Source: Guillardia theta CCMP2712
Lineage: Eukaryota; Protista; Cryptophyta
Reading direction: 5' to 3'
Assembly (NCBI RefSeq): GCF_000315625.1
Contig: NW_005434573.1
Location: 62,001-126,000 of the forward strand
Length of the DNA stretch: 64,000 nt
A program made the position numbers and the translations under genes. Below are positions 46,521 through 59,151 of the stretch, one piece after another (the stretch's first letter is position 1; every line of letters starts with the position of its first letter). The notes beneath the pieces were generated by a model, which worked only from the letters and a program-made list of their open reading frames with translations, was not told the DNA's origin and did not search any database.

Positions 46521-49500
46521 TTAGCCCAACCAAGATAACATCCCCTGCCGAGGCCCAGTAAGCAGAACAAGGCCAAGAAAGAGAAAGGGAGATAGATAGC
46601 AGGAGGATAGCGTACCTTCGGAGCTTGACCGCTGTGTATCCTTGCCACGTCCGCGTCACTGAGCTGGAGGGATGTGCAGAGGATCTGGAGGACCTGCCGA
46701 CACAATGAGCACGTGGGGAGGAGGGAGGAGGAGCGACTGTCTTACGTTGGTATCTCGTGTTTCAAGGTATTTGACAACCTGCGAACAGAACGGTCATCTA
46801 TGCTAGGAGCAGCTGAAGGGAGGAGGTGGAAAAGGGTTGAGGAGATGAACAGGTTTAGGGGATGGGAGAGGTTGTGATGAAGGAGGAGGAGGAGGAGAAC
46901 GAGGAGGACTGAAGCGACTCACGATGTTCTTGACGTACTCGATGTTGGGGATCTTCTCTGCACGACTGAGAGCATGCTCGCTCTCCCTGCAAGAAGTGCA
47001 ATTGTGAGGGATGAGAAGAGAAAGGAGAGCGGGGAGCTGAAAGAAGGAGAGTGGGAGGAGTATGAGGAGGTAGGCGAGGGAGAACTAGAGGGGGCAGAGG
47101 ATGCAGCCTTGCCTGATCTGCTCCTTGAGGAAAAGATTCTGTTCCATTAGCTTCTCCTGCCCCGTCACAGGTCATCTTAACGGCACCCTGTTAGCAAGAG
47201 CCTTACCTGCATATCCTTAGCTCCTCTCAGCTCCTCTATCATGCGGTCCACGTGCAGGCGGTTGGCCGCTCGTTCCTGCAGGAAGTCCGTCAACCACCAG
47301 CAGCTCCCCGGCAAACGCGCCTCCACCTGCTCGATCAGACTGTTGGCTTCCTCTCGGATGCTCCTGATCTCATCCTCGCTCACCGTCCGTGAGCTGCTGG
47401 GCTGCTGCTGGATATTTCGCTTCTCGTCATGGTTGGCCAGGTTGTTGAACAGCAGGTCTTGCAGAGAGTCGGCCTGCAGAAAACATGAGGAAGTGAAAGG
47501 GAGCAAAGGGGAAGAGGAGGAGGAGGAAGAGGAGGAGGAAAGGGACGAGGAGGAGGAGGAGGAGGAGGAGGAGGAGGAGGAGGGAGCAAGCACCTCGTTC
47601 TCCCTCTCCGATGGCTTGCGAGCGTCGCTAGAACCGTTCGCCTCGGTGACAAAAGGAGACTTCGAGGAGGATCGACTCATCTGTACGCGATTCTGACCGA
47701 CCTGCTCCCCTTCCTGAAGGTCCTGGATGTTGGGAGGGCTTCGGTGAAGAAGAGCGACTTGACGTCCGTTGAGCCTCAGGNNNNNNNNNNNNNNNNNNNN
47801 NNNNNNNNNNNNNNNNNNNNNNNNNNNNNNNNNNNNNNNNNNNNNNNNNNNNNNNNNNNNNNNNNNNNNNNNNNNNNNNNTTTCAAGAGATCGCTCGAGA
47901 GCAGAGATTCACACGCGATTCCTTTTTTCACCTGTAGGGAAGTCACTGCATCAGCTGAGGTCTGACAAGAAGCATGGAGACCGAGAGAGTCGGGTGAATC
48001 GAGACAGGAAAGGACTGGTGGAGTGCTCGGAATAGAGACGGCAAAGACATTGTCGACAAAGATTCGAAGGTTCCGGGAGACAGCAGCAGCCACACAGAAT
48101 CAATGAAATGTTTCCGTTTCTCTTTCCAACGTCACGTCCTCGGACTTGGAGATGTTACTGAAGGTTTGCAGGAGAATGGACCAGCTGGACTACAACTAAG
48201 CTGGCCCTTTACTCAAAGCTGGTCCTGTCTTCTCCCACATCAAGATCTCCGTGTTGGAAGTCAAGCTGGATCTCGATTCAACGATCTCGTCGCTCAGACA
48301 AACCATCCTCGTGAGTGCTGTCACTTGACTGACGTGGAAGAAGTGGAGGGAGGGGAGGGAGGGAGGGAGGAGAGGCGGCACCTCCTCTAGCTGCTTCTGG
48401 AACTTTGAGTTGAGTTGTTTCACTGCTGATATCTCCTTCTCCCTTGCCTGCGCACCGGAAGGCGTCAGAGTGTCCCGGTCGTTCCGGTCTTACGCCTCTC
48501 CTCCCACGCATCCTCCCTCCCTTCAACTTCTTCCACGTCAGTCAAGTGACAGCACTCACGAGGATGGTTTGTCTGAGCGACGAGATCGTTGAATCAAGAT
48601 CCAGCTTGACTTCCTGACATCCAGCAAGTCACTACCGGGAGAAGACAGGACCAGCTTTGAGTAAAGGGCCAGCTTAGTTGTAGGGTCTAAGGTGTTTAGG
48701 GTTTAGGGTGGAGAAGCCCCCACCTGCTTGATCGTTTCTCTGTTGTTGTTCAACTCCGCACAGACACTTCTGAGGTAGTCAATCTGCTCCTTGCGTCACT
48801 TCTTGCTATTCAGCAGCACGAGGGTTGGCAACCTGCCGTTGCTGCTCCTTCGCCTCCTGCGACCTCCGCTCCTCGATGGCGCCTGCCAGCCGTCGTCATG
48901 CGGGCAGAGCGAAAGGCTCGCAGCCACTCACTCGCTTCTCTCCTGACTCTGTGCAGCTCGTCTCCCAGCGAGAGAATCTCCTGCAACGAGCAAACATTAC
49001 TATCCTCCTCTTCCTCCTCCTCCCTCCTCCCTTACTTCGTCCTTTCCAGACAGAGACGTGTTGAGTTCTGCAATTTTCTGCTGCAGCAAGAGGATCTGAG
49101 TTGCCTGCCTCTCGATCTCTTGCTCTTTCTCCACCGCCTCCTCGGACTTGTGGAGAGACGGCGGCTCCGCCCGCTGCCTCATCAGACTCTGCGCCTTGAT
49201 CTTGTACTTCTTGTACTCATCCTCCGTTGCTCTGCAGGCCTTGCTGAGCTCCTCAATCTCCTGTCGGAGGCCAGTGATAGTCTCAACGTTCATCGTGTTG
49301 TCCTGCACGGCCCTGTTCCGCTCCTCCTCCAGCAGCAGCATGCACCCCTTCAAGTTCTCGATCTCACTCTCTAGTTCCTTCACCTTCACCCCTGACTGCT
49401 TCTTCTGGTCCACCGCCTTCTTCAGGAACTGCTTCGACGTCTCCTTCACTTGCTCTATCTCCGCCTCCCCCGCCCTCTTGCACGCCTCCAGATCAAACTC

Positions 49501-52500
49501 CAGCTTCTCGATCTGGTACTTGGCCCTCGCAAGCTCCGTGGCCATGCTCTGAATGTGCTCCTGCTGGCCCTCGCTTCCCAGCTGCGCCTCAGCTGCGTTC
49601 TCGATCTCCTTCTTCAGTCTCTTGATCTCCTCCTGCTGGGCCTTCACCCTGCTCTCGGCCTCGTTCAGCTTCTTGCTCATGCTGTCATGCTCGGCGATCT
49701 GATTCTTCCTCCACGTCTCATTGTCCTCGAGGCGATGTGTCAGCTCCTTCATCTTCGAGTCGTGGGTGGACATGCGAGACTCCGCGTCCTTGGCCCGCTG
49801 CTCCATGCACGCCAGGTCGGTCTGGAGACGCTGGAGGGTACCGACGGCCCTCTCCTTCTCATTCTGCACCATCCTCATCTTGTCGATCCCTTCATCTCTA
49901 GCTCTCTGAACTTCCACCGCCATCTTCTCTTTGAGCTCCTCCTTCTCCAGCAAGACGTCACTGAGCTTCTTGGTCAGTGCCTTCAGCTGCTCTTCCCGCT
50001 CCTTCAGGCTGCTCTGGAGCCCCTCATTTCCTTCCCCTCCCTTGTCCTGCGAGCCCATCTTCTGCTCTAACTGGGCCTTTTCCTCCATCACCTCCGCCAG
50101 CCTTGCCTCCGTGTTCTTCTTCGCTTCCACAGCTTTCTTGAGCATCTGACGCGACTTCTCTCGAGTCTCGACCAACTCCCTCCTCGCTTCCTCCGCATCC
50201 CTCCTCGCCTCCTCTAGCTCTCCCCCTGCTGGATCGACTGACGGGACGGAGCTGGAGGCATCCAACATCCTCTTGAGCTCCATGAGGAGAGAGGAGGACA
50301 GGGAGAAGGCAGATCGGAGCTCTGTCTGGCAGTCATTCTTGTGGACGGAAGGATCCTGCGAGCCAAGTCAAACGCAGCAAGCACGAGGCGAGAGCAGACA
50401 TGAAGAAACAGCTGCTGAAATGGAGCATTCTTCTCAAACGGACCCAGCAGCTCTCGCAGCTCCGAATAGTACGCATCCACTAACTGAATGATGAACTCTA
50501 AGGTGAAGAGGAGTAAGAGTCCTATACGACAAGAAGACAAGGATACCGTTCGAAATCGAAGAGGAGGGAGAAAAACCATTCGACAGCAACGAAGAAAACT
50601 GACTGACAGCAGAACCTGATCCGAGCATTCCATTCTCTTGAGCCTTGGCTTCCAGCTCGGCCTCCCGCCGCCTCGATGCCTGCAGCGCCTCCTCCAGTGC
50701 TCGCTTGGTCTCCACCGCCTTTGCCAGCCCTCTCTTCGCCTCCTCCACCTGCCCCGCGAGCTCCTCCGCCCGCCCCTCTGCCGCCTCTACCTCCTTCCGT
50801 AGCCGCTCAGCCTCCCCTGAGTCAGCCTCCCCTCCTCCGCTTCCTCCTTCTTCCTCCTTCTCCGCCCTTGTCGCTTGCATCGCCTCCTCAAGCTCGGCCT
50901 CCCGCCGCCTCGCTGCCTCCAGCGCCTCCTCCAGCCCTTCTAGCCTCTCTGCGAGGCTCCAGTTCTCCTCCTCTGCGGCCTTCTTCCCGCCCTCCGCCTC
51001 TGCCACGCGCTGCTGCGCCTCCTCCACCTGACGCTCAAGCTCCTCAACCCGCCCTTGTGCTGTCGCTACCTCCTTCCGGAGCCGCTCGGCCTCCTCCTGC
51101 ACCTCCGTTGTCTCCTGCCTCCCCGCCTTGGACGCCTCCACGGCCTCCTCCAGCTCGGCCTCCCGCCGCCTCGATGCCTGCAGCGCCTCCTCCAGTGCTC
51201 GCTTGGTCTCCACCGCCTTCGCCAGCCCTCTCTTCGCCTCCTCCACCTGCCCCGCGAGCTCCTCCGCCCGCCCCTCTGCCGCCTCTACCTCCTTCCGTAG
51301 CCGCTCAGCCTCCCCTGAGTCAGCCTCCCCTCCTCCGCTTCCTCCTTCTTCCTCCTTCTCCGCCCTTGTCGCTTGCATCGCCTCCTCAAGCTCGGCCTCC
51401 CGCCGCCTCGCTGCCTCCAGCGCCTCCTCCAGCCCTTCTAGCCTCTCTGCGAGGCTCCAGTTCTCCTCCTCTGCGGCCTTCTTCCCGCCCTCCGCCTCTG
51501 CCACGCGCTGCTGCGCCTCCTCCACCTGACGCTCAAGCTCCTCAACCCGCCCTTGTGCTGTCGCTACCTCCTTCCGGAGCCGCTCGGCCTCCTCCTGCAC
51601 CTCCGTTGTCTCCTGCCTCCCCGCCTTGGACGCCTCCACGGCCTCCTCCAGCTCGGCCTCCCGCCGCCTCGATGCCTGCAGCGCCTCCTCCAGTGCTCGC
51701 TTTGTCTCCACCGCCTTCGCCAGCCCTCTCTTCGCCTCCTCCACCTGCCCCGCGAGCTCCTCCGCCCGCCCCTCTGCCGCCTCTACCTCCTTCCGTAGCC
51801 GCTCAGCCTCGTCTTGCAGTTTGGCTTTCTCTCGATTGTCGGTCTTCGCTGCCTCCAGCGCCTCCTCCAGCCCTTCTAGCCTCTCTGCGAGGCTCCAGTT
51901 CTCCTCCTCTGCGGCCTTCTTCCCGCCCTCCGCCTCTGCCACGCGCTGCTGTGCCTCCTCTAGAGCCTTTTGCATCCCTTTGATTCTTTCCCTCTGTTCT
52001 TTCTCCAACTCCTGTTGAGCAAGCTGGTGCGTGTTGGCGTTCTTGATGTTTTCTAGTTCTGCTTCCGTCTTGTTCAGTTTCTCTACTGATTCTTGGAGCT
52101 CTTGGGAAAGCCTTTCAAGCTGAGACGAGAGCTCTGCGTTCTCTCTCTCCAGGCCCTTCTTCGTCTCTACGGCCTTGGACAGCATCCTCTTGGTCTTGTC
52201 GACTGTTTCCTGATTCGTCTGCTGCAGCTCCTCCTCCCTCTGCTTGCACACCCTTAGCTCCTCCTCAAGATTCTGCAGTCTTTCCCTGAGTTCGTTACCC
52301 TCCTCCGATCTTTGGTTGTTGCCTCCTCCTTCCCTCTCCTGCTCCAGAGCCTCCACTCTCGCCGTCAGCTCGGAGTTGATCGCTTCATAGTGTCTCTTCG
52401 TCTCCACCGCCTTCTTCAGCGCCTGTCGAGCTTTGTCCTCAACATCCTCTACCTTTGCTCTTAGTATCTCGTTGTCCGCCTTCGATTGCTCGAGCTCCCC

Positions 52501-53073
52501 CCGCAGGCGCTCCGAGTCTCCTCCCTCCTGACCGCCCGCAGACATCGACAGTCGCTCCACTTGCGCCCTGAGCTTGTGAACTTCCTCTGCCTGCGCCCGC
52601 AACTTCGGCATCTCCTCCAGCTGAGCTCTGAGCACGTGAACGGACCTGGCGGACTCCTCCGCGTCCTTGAGCCGCTTCTGGCAGGCCTCGAGGCTCTGCA
52701 TGGCGGCGTTCTTGTCCTTCTGCGCGCCATTGAGACTTGACTCCAGCGCCGCCTGCTGCTTGCTCAGCTGCGCTACTTGATTCTTCAGCGCAGACTTCTC
52801 CGCCGCTGCCTCCTCCAACTCCCGAGCCAACTGGTCCACCGTCTGCAGCCCGTTGCTCTGGCCATCACCACCCAGCTGCTTCTTCAGCCGCTCGTTCTCC
52901 TCCTTAAGACTCTCGAGCTCTCGCTCATACTGCCGCCTGTCCTCTTCCACCTGCTCCTCGAACTTCTTGGTCTTGGACTCCAGGTACTTCTTCGTCTTCT
53001 CCTTGAACGCGCTCAGGGACTCCTCCCTCTCGTTCAGCTGACGTTTCAGCTCCTCCACCTCCGCCTCCGCCAT
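46521..53073 (-). CDS. GRIP-domain golgin (long coiled-coil trans-Golgi tether)
   Basis: More than 1200 aa of E/K/L/A/R/Q coiled coil in two large exons (50616-53073 and 49040-50283) plus small exons. Spliced C-terminus AEKIPNIEYVKNIVVKYLETRDTNVLQILCTSLQLSDADVARI...GMLSWLG* matches the GRIP motif (conserved Tyr, terminal Trp). Confidence 0.85.
48190..48683. repeat. Inverted repeat pair (48190-48376 / 48493-48683) inside the golgin gene
   Basis: ctacaactaagctggccctttactcaaagctggtcctgtcttctccc...gacgtggaagaag is the reverse complement of the 48493-48683 sequence, with a few internal differences. Confidence 0.9.
50651..51960. repeat. Near-perfect 498-bp (166-aa) coding tandem repeat in the golgin, ~2.3 copies plus one extra sub-block
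   Basis: The sequence at 50651 recurs at 51149 and 51647. The EEAQQRVAEAEGGKKAAEEENWSLAERLEGLEEALEAA block occurs three times. Confidence 0.9.
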
Positions 53074-53412
53074 CTGCCCAGCTGCAGGCGACTCGACTCG
53101 GAGCCCTTCCTCCCCCGTGCCTTCACTTCCACGATGCACGTCACTACCCGGAGCAGGGAGCAGGGATGCGGCGTGTGAGACAGCACCAGTAGCAGAAGAG
53201 CAGGGTTCAGAGCCTCATTGCAGCCACAAGTTCAGCCAGCATGCAGGACGGTCACTTCCTCCTCCTCCTCTCCTCTCCTTCCTCCTCCTCCCTCCTCCCC
53301 CACCGTGCCATGCTGGGGCTGCCGAAGGTCAAGAACAGGTGGACTTGGAAGGAGGGGTGTATACCTAATAGAGGTCGTGGAGGGGGTCGGGTGATCCCCT
53401 GGATTGGGTGCA

Positions 53413-54669
53413 ATGGTGCGGTGGTTGAAGGAACTGGAGGCGCTGGGCAGGAGGACGATGGAGGGAGGAGGATGGGGGACGATGGAGGGAGGAGCAGGAG
53501 GAGCAGGAGGAGCAGGAGGAGCAGGAGGAGCAGGAGGAGGATATTCTGTGCTAACGGTGGCTGGCTCGATAGGAGCAGCGGCACTGACTGTGTATGCTGG
53601 GAGCTACTTGTTCAGTAGCAGGTGGAGTACGATAGAACAAGTGCTGAGGGACCAGGAGGACCTGTCGGTCTTCCATGGCTTCTGGAGCGCGATGGAGGAT
53701 GTTGCGAAGGAGGAGGAAGGAGAGGAGCAGAGCGATCGCTCGTATGAGGGCCGGACCAGGCGGAAGCCGGACCTCAATGCTGCTGGCCCTGGTTGGTTAA
53801 CAAGGATGGCTGCGTCCATGGGATGGTCGAGTAGCGATGCTGAGCGGCGGATGATAGTTGTGTTTGCTCCCAGCAACGACGCGTTTGTGGTGAGGAGGAG
53901 AGGAAGGAGGGTGTGGCGGGAGAGAACAGGCGAGAGCCGTAGGACGCAGAAGGGAAGGGCAGGGGATGAAGGGGGAAGGAGGGGAAGGGGAGGGGGAGGA
54001 GGTAGAATGGGTCTGACGTGAATGGTGAAGAGAGCGAGGGCGGACACGTTCAACTACGACAGGAAGTCATGGAGGACATTCATGGTGAGGGAAGAAGCAG
54101 AGGAGGAGCACGCGTGCTGCCTGCCTGCCTGCCTGCCTGCCTGCCCCGTCGCTCTTGCCTGCTCCTGTTCATGCTGCCGCCTCCTCTGCGGTCTCACTCG
54201 CTCCCCTCATGCGTGCTGCTGTGCTGCAGATGGGGCATGTAGCGATCACCCGCCTCCCACGTGTCGTGCTGGAGCAGGCCGGTCAGATCCAGTCGATATC
54301 CAACACCATCATCACCCTTGACTGCATCAGGACTATGTTCTCAGGTACTCTGATGTGCTGCCAATCGCTACCTTCCCCTGCTTCTCCATCTCCTTCTCCG
54401 TATCGAGCTCCTCCTGCTCCTTCTCTGTCTTCTCCTCTTCCGTCCCTTGCCCCTCCACTTCATGTTTCTGTCTTCTCGTCCTCTGTCTCCTACTCCTCTG
54501 TCCTCTGACATCGCTACTGTAGACGGGTCGTGGCGGATAAAACCAGCGATCGAGGTAGGGCGAGTTGCATTGCTTGTTGGTTGTCTTGCTGACTCGCAGC
54601 GTTGAGGCAAGGAATGGTCTAGTGTACAAGATCGACAGGGTGATACCTCTGGCCTCAACAAAAATCTGA
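53413..54669 (+). CDS. Fasciclin (FAS1) domain protein with an N-terminal membrane anchor
   Basis: TM-like VLTVAGSIGAAALTVYAGSYLF, then TIEQVLRDQEDLSVF, H1 motif VVFAPSNDAF, central MGHV, and H2 motif VEARNGLVYKIDRVI. Confidence 0.75.
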
Positions 54670-54783
54670 TCGATCGACAAGAGCGCTGTCGTCTGTCTGG
54701 AAGAAGCGTGTTTGTACAATAATCCTTTCACTCACATGGCACGATAAAGAGAAGAGGAGAAGAGAAGATGCCTGGTGTTGCGA

Positions 54784-57700
54784 TCAGTCGAACTTGTCTT
54801 GTGTCTCAATCAGCCGCCTGTTTTGTGGGTATCAACATCCTCCTTGTCATCTCACTTGCTCTGCTCCTACCTGTACAAGCCTCTCTCCCCATGTAGCCAT
54901 AGCTCGATGATATCAACGCCCCCTGCCTGCTTGTCGTTCACCCGACTTCCTCATGAGGGGAAAGTGAAGAAAGGACGAGGAAAGCACAACAATCAACGGA
55001 CGGATGCTTTGGGAAGGATGCTTTGGGAAGGATAGTGAGCAGGACAAACAGGGCAGGAGAGAAGGAGCGGATCATTGCAGAGCAAGAGGAGGGCAGAACC
55101 TTTGTGAGCAGCACCCACACGATGGCTGAGAAAGCCTGAAACAAAAGCCCTCTGTGAGAAGTGAGAATTGAGGAGAAGAAGGAGGAGCGAGCGAACAGGA
55201 TAACGAGGGAGGGAACTGAGATAAGAAGAGAGAGAGAGAGATGGCGGGAGGAGAGAACCAGTAGAGGAGAGCAGCAGGATGAGCAAGAGGGAAAAGAGAT
55301 GCAGAAAGAGGTGAAGAAGGATGAGGAGGAGAAGGGAGGAGGAGAAGGGAGGAGGAGAAGGGAGGAGGAGAAGGGAGGAGAAGGAGGAGAAGGGAGGAGG
55401 AGGAGGAGGGATGAGGAGGAGGAAGGGCGGATTGGGGGGAGTTGCGAACCGCAAGAAACCACCCGAACACAAGGAAGAAAGAGACGAGGACAAGAACGGA
55501 CGCGAGGCTCCAGAACATGAGCGACTGTCGCCAGAGGTTTTCAATTTCAACCTGCACACGGCCAAGAATGTGAAGGTGCAAAGAAATGGACCGGAGAGGG
55601 GGGGAAGGGGGATATAAGGGAGGAGAGAGATGAAGAGGAGGAGAGGACTGATGACTTGATCGGGTAGAAAGCAGGAAGAAGAGGACGAAGAGGAGTATGA
55701 AGACGAGGAGGTTGAGGTTGAGGTTGAGGTTGAGAAGGAGGTTGGGAAGGAGGAGCAGTAGCAGCAATAGCAGCGCTCACCTCATCGATAGGAGGCTTGG
55801 AAGGAGGACCAAAAGTCTTGGAGTTGCCGTAGAACTGGTGGAGACGCTTCTCCTTGCGGGCAAACGACTGCGAGAGTCACGCACGAGGAAATGATGGGAG
55901 GGGAGGAGATGGTAGTGGCGGTGGTCAGGAGAGGAGGAGGGCAGAGCAGGAGAGGACTCAGTGTTGATGGTGGAGATAGAGAGAGAGAAGAGTCAGTGCT
56001 GATGGAGATGGAAATGAAGACGAGGATGCAGAAATCGGGTTTGTTCGAGTGTAAACGGAAAAGCATGAATGGATCTTTCGTGGACACAGCAGGAAGGGCT
56101 GAAGCTGGGAGGAGGAGACGAAGGAGGAGGAGCAATTTTACCTGTTTGATCCATTCTTCTACTTCAGCTGGAGATTCTGGCATGAGCGACATGGGATGAC
56201 GCTGAGAATGAGAGTGAGCGATGTCTCGGGGCGAACGACTGTCTGAAAGGAAGAAGAGAATCGGAAAGGAGGGCTGGGGAGGTAGGAGAGGATGGGGAAG
56301 AGGAAGGGAAAGGGAGGAAGGAGGCAACAAGAAATTTCAGGGGAGGAAGTGACAAGAAGAGGACGAGAGGGAGGAGAGGGAGGAGAGGGAGGAGAGGGAG
56401 GAGAGGGAGGAGAAGGAGGAGAGGGAGGAGAGGGAGGAGAGAAGGAGCGGGAGGAACTAGGCCAGGGAGGAGGGAAGATGCTAGACGTTCTTGCCTGCAC
56501 GTGCAGATGAACTTCGCGGGGTACCGCGAGGACAGCAGGGAGAGCTCGCTCGGCCTTTCACCCTTACCCCACTAAGTCAACCCATTTGACACCCTCCCTA
56601 TCAAGTTTGAAAACCTCCTCGTAGTCATGGTAGGCGATGGTGACATCGTACACAGCTGGACAGGTAGCTCTGGAGCAGCACTTGTCACCCAGCAGAGCAG
56701 AAAGGAGCACCTGGACCGTAGAAGAGAGATGCTCCTCGCCCAACCGATGACTTTAGGGTGCAGCACGTGCCGGTACTGCAAGAGTCGTTAGAGCACCACC
56801 TGACTGCCTTCTGCCCCTCCTGCTCCTGTTGCTCCTCCTGCTCCTCCTCCTCCTGTTGCTGCTCCTCCTCCTGTTGCTCCTCCTCCTCCTGTTGCTCCTC
56901 CTCCTCCTGTTGCTGCTCCTCCTCCTGTTGCTCCTCCTCCTCCTGTTGCTGCTCCTCCTCCTGTTGCTCCTCCTCCTCCTGTTGCTCCTCCTCCTCCTGT
57001 TGCTCCTCCTCCACCACCACCTCCTGCTCTGCTTCTCCTGCCCATGTTCCTGTTCCTTTGCCTCTCGTTCATTGCTCCCTTGCACTTCACCGGTTTCATA
57101 CCCTTCTAGCATCTCGCGCTCTCCCCCCCTCATACCTGCCTCCTTACAAATCTCTGACCTTCTCTACTACACTGATTTCTACCCTTGATGTCTATCACGG
57201 ATAGTGCGTATGCACACCAGCTCCTGCACTAGTCGAGCTCTTTCTTCCTCTCCTCAACTCGACCGCGTCCTCCCCTTCATCTCTCACTTTGGTCAGGCCG
57301 TTCTGACTTGCAAACGCATCAGACTTGGCCATATTGTGAGGGCTGAGGTCCGTCCCCTGGAAGAGGAAGATAGATCAGAGACAGCAACAGTGAGTTATCT
57401 CATTTCATATCACAACCTTCCCTCCAACACATGAACAAGTATCTCCAGTGGGTTTTACCTCGGGGAACAGAATGAGAGAGAGCGGGAGTTTGTTGTTGGT
57501 ATGATATCCGAGCTGACAGAGATGTAAGAGAGTTGTGCAACTGAAGGAGAGAAAGATCCGACCATCTCGCCCATGTGCTTGAGGTCGATCGACTTGTCAC
57601 GAGCGAGGAAGACAAAGAGAAAACTCTGAAGAGACCATTGGGAACGGACAGGAACAGGAGGAAAAGATGGGAAAAGATGAAAGCCGATGGAGATGCGAGG

Positions 57701-58282
57701 AAGAGAGAAAAAGAAGGGCAAGCCGGGAAAAGGGGGTTGTTTACGATTTGGTAGAACCCTCTGCGAACAGGGACAAGGTAGATGAAAGAAGCAAGGTAAA
57801 AGACGCGAAAGAAAGGAACCCAGGGAGGGCAGGAAGAGGAAGGAGAGGGAGCAGCGAGGTAGGAGAGGGAGCACGAGAACAGGGAGCAGGGAGCAAGAGA
57901 GCAAGAGGCCTGGGCAGCAGACGAACCTGCATGGCCCACCCGAACCCTGGGATGCTCTTCAGCGAGTCCTTGAGGACGATCTTCATGCAGTTGAGAAGAC
58001 CGAGGCGCAGGCAGAGGCACCACTGAGAAGCCTCAGCCGCACGCCCTCCCTCCTCCTCCTCACCATGAACATCCAGTCGATCCTCGTGCGATGGTTGCAG
58101 ACGATCATGGCAGGCTGTTGCAAGGACGAGAGGTCACGAGGAAAAGGAGGAGGAAAGGGATGCGTTTTGAGAGAAGGTAACCAGGAGGAGGAAGAGGAGC
58201 AGGAGTAGGAGGAGGAGGAGAAGGAGGAGGAGGAGGAGGAGGAGGAGGAGGAGGAGGAGGAGGAGGAGGAGGAGGAGGAGGA

Positions 58283-58329
<47 letters not shown>

Positions 58330-58844
58330 GGCAGCAGCAGCAACGGCAGCAGCAGGAGAGAAAGATGAACAGGTGCTTCTCGTACGACTCTTGCAATACA
58401 GGCACGAGCATGAGAAAAAGAGATGATGAGCAAACAAGGAGGAGAGCAAGAAGGAGCAACGGAAGCGACCGACCTCAGCATACGGCAGGTCATCTCCAGA
58501 GAGAACGATCTTGACCTGGAAGAGTCGAAATCAGTCAAAGTTGATAACGAGGAGGAGGACAAGGAAAATGGCGACGATTAGTAGAAAGAAGATGATGGGG
58601 GAAGGGAAAGCAAAAGGATGAGAAAGTAGGACAAAGAAAGATGGACGGGGAGAGAAGAGGAGAATGTCAACTTCTGGGACGAGGAAGAAGACTGTTAGGA
58701 GGAGGGCAGTGAAACTTTTGCCGCCATCTCCTTCATTTCGGACTTTGTCATCACCTTTGCGTATCTCTCAATCATCAGGGTCGCTAGAGTGAACCACATC
58801 TAAAACCTCGTCACCTTTCCACAAAGCAACAGCTGCAGCGGCAT

Positions 58845-58937
<93 letters not shown>

Positions 58938-58938
58938 T

Positions 58939-59008
<70 letters not shown>

Positions 59009-59069
59009 GCATCAGCAGCAGCAGCAGCAGCAGCAGCAGCATCATCATCATCATCATCATCATCATCAT

Positions 59070-59112
<43 letters not shown>

Positions 59113-59119
59113 GCATCAT

Positions 59120-59151
<32 letters not shown>

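Noticed and set aside
47881-48190. Possible nested + strand gene fragment in the golgin intron
   Set aside because: Frames contain stops, and the exon-like part is explained by the inverted copy. The rest may be small golgin exons and cannot be resolved next to the gap.
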